Below are positions 60,544 through 64,000 of a DNA stretch of 64,000 nucleotides, piece after piece (within the stretch, counting starts at the first letter, position 1; each line of letters begins with the position of its first letter). Both the position numbers and the translations under genes were made by a program. The DNA is from an uncultured Elusimicrobia bacterium. GTDB lineage: Bacteria > Elusimicrobiota > Elusimicrobia > 2-01-FULL-59-12. The notes below the pieces were generated by a model, which was not told the origin of the DNA, did no database searches, and saw only the letters and a program-made list of their open reading frames with translations. The stretch lies in contig OY969767.1 of assembly GCA_963702895.1 (NCBI GenBank), positions 192,001 to 256,000 on the forward strand, in the 5' to 3' direction.

Positions 60544-61341
60544 ATGAAACTCTTTCTCCTGGCGACCTATACGCTGTGGCAGCGCGAGATCGTGCGCTTC
60601 CTGCGCCAACGGAGCCGCGTCATCGGCGCGCTCGTGCCTCCGGTGCTCTTTTGGTTTTTGATCGGGTCCGGGCTCGGGAGTTCCTTTCACGCGGCACCGG
60701 CTCTGGCAGGTGGCGACAGCGCAATCTCCGGGGTGAACTATCTTCAGTACTTCTTTCCAGGCACCGTCCTCCTGATCGTACTTTTTACCGCCATTTTCTC
60801 CACGATTTCCGTCATTGAAGACCGGCATGAGGGATTCTTGCAGTCGGTCCTGGTCGCGCCGCTGTCTCGGCTGACCCTTGTTCTGGGGAAAATCCTGGGA
60901 GGTTCGACTCTTGCTTTCGGCCAGGCCGTCCTCTTTTTGTTCCTCGTGCCTACCGCGGGCATTCAAATTCCCTTAAGCTCCTGGCCTTTTGTTCTGGTGA
61001 GCCTGCTTCTTCTGTCGTTCGGCTTGACCGGGCTCGGTTTTGTCCTGGCTTGGCTGCTCGATTCCGCGCAAGGCTACCATGCCATCATGAACCTCGTTTT
61101 AATCCCGATGTGGCTCCTTTCGGGCGCTCTCTTTCCCTCTGATGGCGCCACGCGCTGGATGCGCTGGGTGATGCAGATCAACCCTTTGAGCTATGGCCTC
61201 TCGTGCCTGCAGCGGCACATGCTGGTTCAGGGACAGCCTCTGTCGGCCGGTATGGCTTCGGATGCAGCAGGTTTTGCGGTGACGGCACTTTTTGCGCTCC
61301 TCATGCTCGGTGCCGCGGTTTGGGCAGTTCAGAAACGATGA
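60544..61341 (+). CDS. ABC-2 type permease
   Basis: YLQYFFPG, EDRHEGFL...LVAP, LSGALFP, INPLSYG. Confidence 0.9.
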   Translation: MKLFLLATYTLWQREIVRFLRQRSRVIGALVPPVLFWFLIGSGLGSSFHAAPALAGGDSAISGVNYLQYFFPGTVLLIVLFTAIFSTISVIEDRHEGFLQSVLVAPLSRLTLVLGKILGGSTLAFGQAVLFLFLVPTAGIQIPLSSWPFVLVSLLLLSFGLTGLGFVLAWLLDSAQGYHAIMNLVLIPMWLLSGALFPSDGATRWMRWVMQINPLSYGLSCLQRHMLVQGQPLSAGMASDAAGFAVTALFALLMLGAAVWAVQKR

Positions 61342-61459
61342 GGCTGGCGTATCGGCCAACGCCAAATGCTCGGCTCAACTTGCCAGAAGACAAGGGCAAA
61401 CGAAGTCTATGAAAGGTGCTTTTGGAGGCTATCGGTTCTGAAGGTGGTAATCGGGTTTC

Positions 61460-61771
61460 TTACGGTGTTGTCGTGGCGAGCATTTCGGCGTGCTCTTGCA
61501 GGCCTTCCTCATGAACAATCTTCATGAGCTCACGCTCGGCCTGTCGAATTTCGGGATAGGAAGGCACGCGCATGCTGTTCATCTCATCCTGCACAAATTC
61601 GACGGTGATAGGGCTGGTGCACTCGCCAAGGATTTCCAGGAATGTCCGGCCAATGGCTCGGGGATAAGCGACGACCAGTTTTGCTAAGGTGCGTGCGGAG
61701 GCTTTCGGTAGGATTTTCCGCAAGTCGGCTTGGGGTAGTGCCAGGATGCTGAACATGCACGCCTCGGACAT
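61460..61771 (-). CDS. Small protein resembling the FliG C-terminal domain
   Basis: GGAGG RBS; L..ADLRKIL......LAK...SP....FVQDEM......IRQAERELMKIV. Confidence 0.5.
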   Translation of the reverse strand: MSEACMFSILALPQADLRKILPKASARTLAKLVVAYPRAIGRTFLEILGECTSPITVEFVQDEMNSMRVPSYPEIRQAERELMKIVHEEGLQEHAEMLATTTP

Positions 61772-61870
61772 GCTTCCCTCCTATCGAAAGTGTGGCCCCG
61801 AAAGGGAGGAATGTCAATAGAAAAATGTTAAAACAATTCGTAAAATATACCTGTTTTGATATTTCTGTGA

Positions 61871-62593
61871 TTGGGAGTTGACGAAACCGTGACCACCAAA
61901 TTGAAGATACGAAAACTCCTTCTTTTTGACCTCGACTGGACCCTCATCTATACAGGGGGGGCCGGTGTGAGAGCTCTCAACAAGGCGTTTGAGCAACTGT
62001 TTGCTATTAAGGATGCCATGAAGATCGTCTCTCCGGATGGGAAAACGGACCCCGCGATCTGCCGTGAGATGATCAAGGTCCATTTGAAGCGTGAGCCCCA
62101 GAAAGGCGAATTGGAGCTTTTGTGCCAGGGCTACCTTAAGCATCTGGCCCACGAAGTTCCCCAGAGTCCGGGCTACAGAGTGCTGCCCGGTGTGCCGACG
62201 TTGCTCGAGGAGCTATCCAGCCTTCCCTCCGTGCTCATGGGGCTTGGGACAGGCAATTTAGAAGAAGGGGCAAGGATCAAGCTCGTGCGCGCGGACCTCA
62301 TGAAGTATTTTCGCTTCGGCGGGTATGGCTCCGACTCCGAAGAGCGTCCGGAGGTTCTCCGAACGGCTGTGCGGCGCGGAGAAACAATAGCCGGCCGGTC
62401 CTTTGGGCCGAGGGAGGTCGTGGTGATCGGAGATAACATTCGGGACGTCCAGGCCGGCCAGGCGATCGGCGCCTTGACCCTCGCGGTAGCCTCCGGACCC
62501 ATGTCCATCGAAGATCTGGCCGCCTCCAAGCCGGACCACCTTTTCAAGGATTTGTCGGACATACGCAGGGCGCTCGACGTTCTTACGATTTGA
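61871..62593 (+). CDS. HAD-family hydrolase
   Basis: LFDLDWTL, GKTD, TGN, IGD..RDV..G. Confidence 0.88.
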   Translation: MGVDETVTTKLKIRKLLLFDLDWTLIYTGGAGVRALNKAFEQLFAIKDAMKIVSPDGKTDPAICREMIKVHLKREPQKGELELLCQGYLKHLAHEVPQSPGYRVLPGVPTLLEELSSLPSVLMGLGTGNLEEGARIKLVRADLMKYFRFGGYGSDSEERPEVLRTAVRRGETIAGRSFGPREVVVIGDNIRDVQAGQAIGALTLAVASGPMSIEDLAASKPDHLFKDLSDIRRALDVLTI

Positions 62594-62703
62594 GGACGTT
62601 GTTTAATCTGATGGACCCCCGATCGGGGCACTCGGGGATGACACCAACAGCTTGATGCTTGACAAGAAATGTTGCTTTTCGCTATTACATTAAGGCTTTC
62701 ACC

Positions 62704-63630
62704 ATGATTGATGTCACCCAACTCACGAAGAGCTACGGATCGACGCTCGCGCTGGACCATGTGACGTTCTCCATTCAACCCGGGGAAGTCGTGGGGCTCT
62801 TGGGGCCCAACGGCGCTGGCAAAACCACGATGCTCAAGATCCTCACCGGCTTCATGCCGCCCTCCGAGGGCACGGCGCGCGTCGCCCATTTCGATATCAC
62901 GGACGAGTCGCTCGAGCTTCGCCGGCGCATCGGATACTTGCCGGAGACCAACCCGCTCTATGAGGAGCTTGCGGTGTACGAATCCCTTCTCTGGACGGCG
63001 AAATTTCGCGCCATCCCAGTCGAAAGGCGCGAGGATGCTCTTCGCAAAGTGATTCAGACCTGCGGTTTGGCCTCTGTTGTTGGAAAAGACATCGCCCATC
63101 TGTCCAAAGGGTTTCGCCAGCGCGTGGGACTTGCTCAGGCGATACTCCATGACCCGGAAATCCTGATTCTGGATGAGCCCACTTCAGGGCTTGATCCCAA
63201 TCAGCAGCTCGAAGTCCGGCAGCTCATCCAGACCCTCAAACAGAAGAAGACCGTCTTGATCTCCACGCACATTCTTTCCGAGGCCCAGAGCGCCTGTGAC
63301 CGGGTGCTCATCATTCATAAAGGAAAGATTGTCGCGGACGGCACCCCGGACCTTCTGCGGCAGAGCCTTTCGAAGGGCCAGCGCCTGTTGCTTGAGCTCA
63401 AAGGGCCCCAGGCGGGCGCGTCCGAGGTGCTCCGCGGTCTTCCGGGTGTTGATCAAGTCATCGTCCAAAAGGAAGAAGGCGACCGTCTGAGCCTCATCCT
63501 CGAGACTCGAGAAGCTGATCTGCGAGAAATGATTTTTGATGTCGCTGTCGAAAAGCATTGGAAAATTCTGCAAATGACGCCGGAAACATTCTCCTTGGAG
63601 GATGTGTTCCGGCAATTGACCACATCATGA
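62704..63630 (+). CDS. ABC ATP-binding protein (GldA-like)
   Basis: GPNGAGKTT, GYLPE.NPLY, LSKGFRQRVGLAQA, DEPTSGLDPNQ. Confidence 0.93.
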   Translation: MIDVTQLTKSYGSTLALDHVTFSIQPGEVVGLLGPNGAGKTTMLKILTGFMPPSEGTARVAHFDITDESLELRRRIGYLPETNPLYEELAVYESLLWTAKFRAIPVERREDALRKVIQTCGLASVVGKDIAHLSKGFRQRVGLAQAILHDPEILILDEPTSGLDPNQQLEVRQLIQTLKQKKTVLISTHILSEAQSACDRVLIIHKGKIVADGTPDLLRQSLSKGQRLLLELKGPQAGASEVLRGLPGVDQVIVQKEEGDRLSLILETREADLREMIFDVAVEKHWKILQMTPETFSLEDVFRQLTTS

Positions 63631-64000
63631 CCCATAACCCAATTTTGATCCTTGCCCGTAAAGAGTTGATGACGCTACTCAACATGCCTACGACGTATGT
63701 GATCACAGTCGCCTTTTTGCTCGTGACGGGCTGGCTCTTTGTCTCGCCGCTTTTCCTCATGAACCAGAGCGCCTTGGACGGCTTTCTCCGGCCGCTGCCG
63801 CTCATCTTTACGTTCCTCGTCCCCGCGCTCACGATGCGGTCCTTCGCGGAGGAATGGAAAGCGGGGACCATCGAATACCTCTGCACCCTTCCGATTGAGG
63901 ACCACGAGATCGTCATCGCCAAGTATCTCGCCTCTATGGGAATGATCGGGGTGCTCCTTCTCTTTACGCTGTGCTATCCCGCGGTGCTCCTCGTGGTGGG
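63627..64000 (+). CDS. ABC permease (GldF-like), runs off the window
   Basis: Own translation: MTHNPILILARKEL...PALTMRSFAEEWKAGTIEYL.TLP; ATGA overlap with the upstream gene. Confidence 0.88.
   Translation, partial: MTHNPILILARKELMTLLNMPTTYVITVAFLLVTGWLFVSPLFLMNQSALDGFLRPLPLIFTFLVPALTMRSFAEEWKAGTIEYLCTLPIEDHEIVIAKYLASMGMIGVLLLFTLCYPAVLLVV

Overview
A GC-rich bacterial chromosome segment. The gene style, including a giant secreted-type protein with an LLxPCLLADP signal motif, suggests Elusimicrobiota; this is an inference. It is mostly housekeeping operons: ftsH-folP-cdaA-(mini cdaR)-glmM-pdxJ-glmS-acpS-nnrD-thiL-tsaE-tsaB-rimI-TPR-ispE-tRNA-Gln; glmU-prs-rplY-pth-CBS-dnaE-tpx; gatCA-nudix-gatB; ccsA; pcrA/uvrD; rlmD; cpaF; and ABC systems. 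Overlaid on these is a dense, nested set of small selfish elements. (1) A 148-bp MITE with TA duplications has three near-identical copies plus a variant. One copy is split exactly at the inner edge of its terminal repeat by an intact, endonuclease-less group II intron (37533-39414) whose EBS1 matches that site. The other two copies are empty, intact targets. (2) A 452-bp GIY-YIG-nuclease cassette with perfect 12-bp terminal inverted repeats has duplicated the first 12-13 nt of tRNA-Gln. (3) CGTC-type palindromic repeats are inserted in frame into DnaE and into several signal-peptide regions. (4) Inverted 7/8-mer tandem repeats occur at several sites. (5) A decayed island follows tRNA-Gln. A ~2000-aa orphan with HTH domains lies between two inverted MITE copies. 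No CRISPR array or rRNA was seen.
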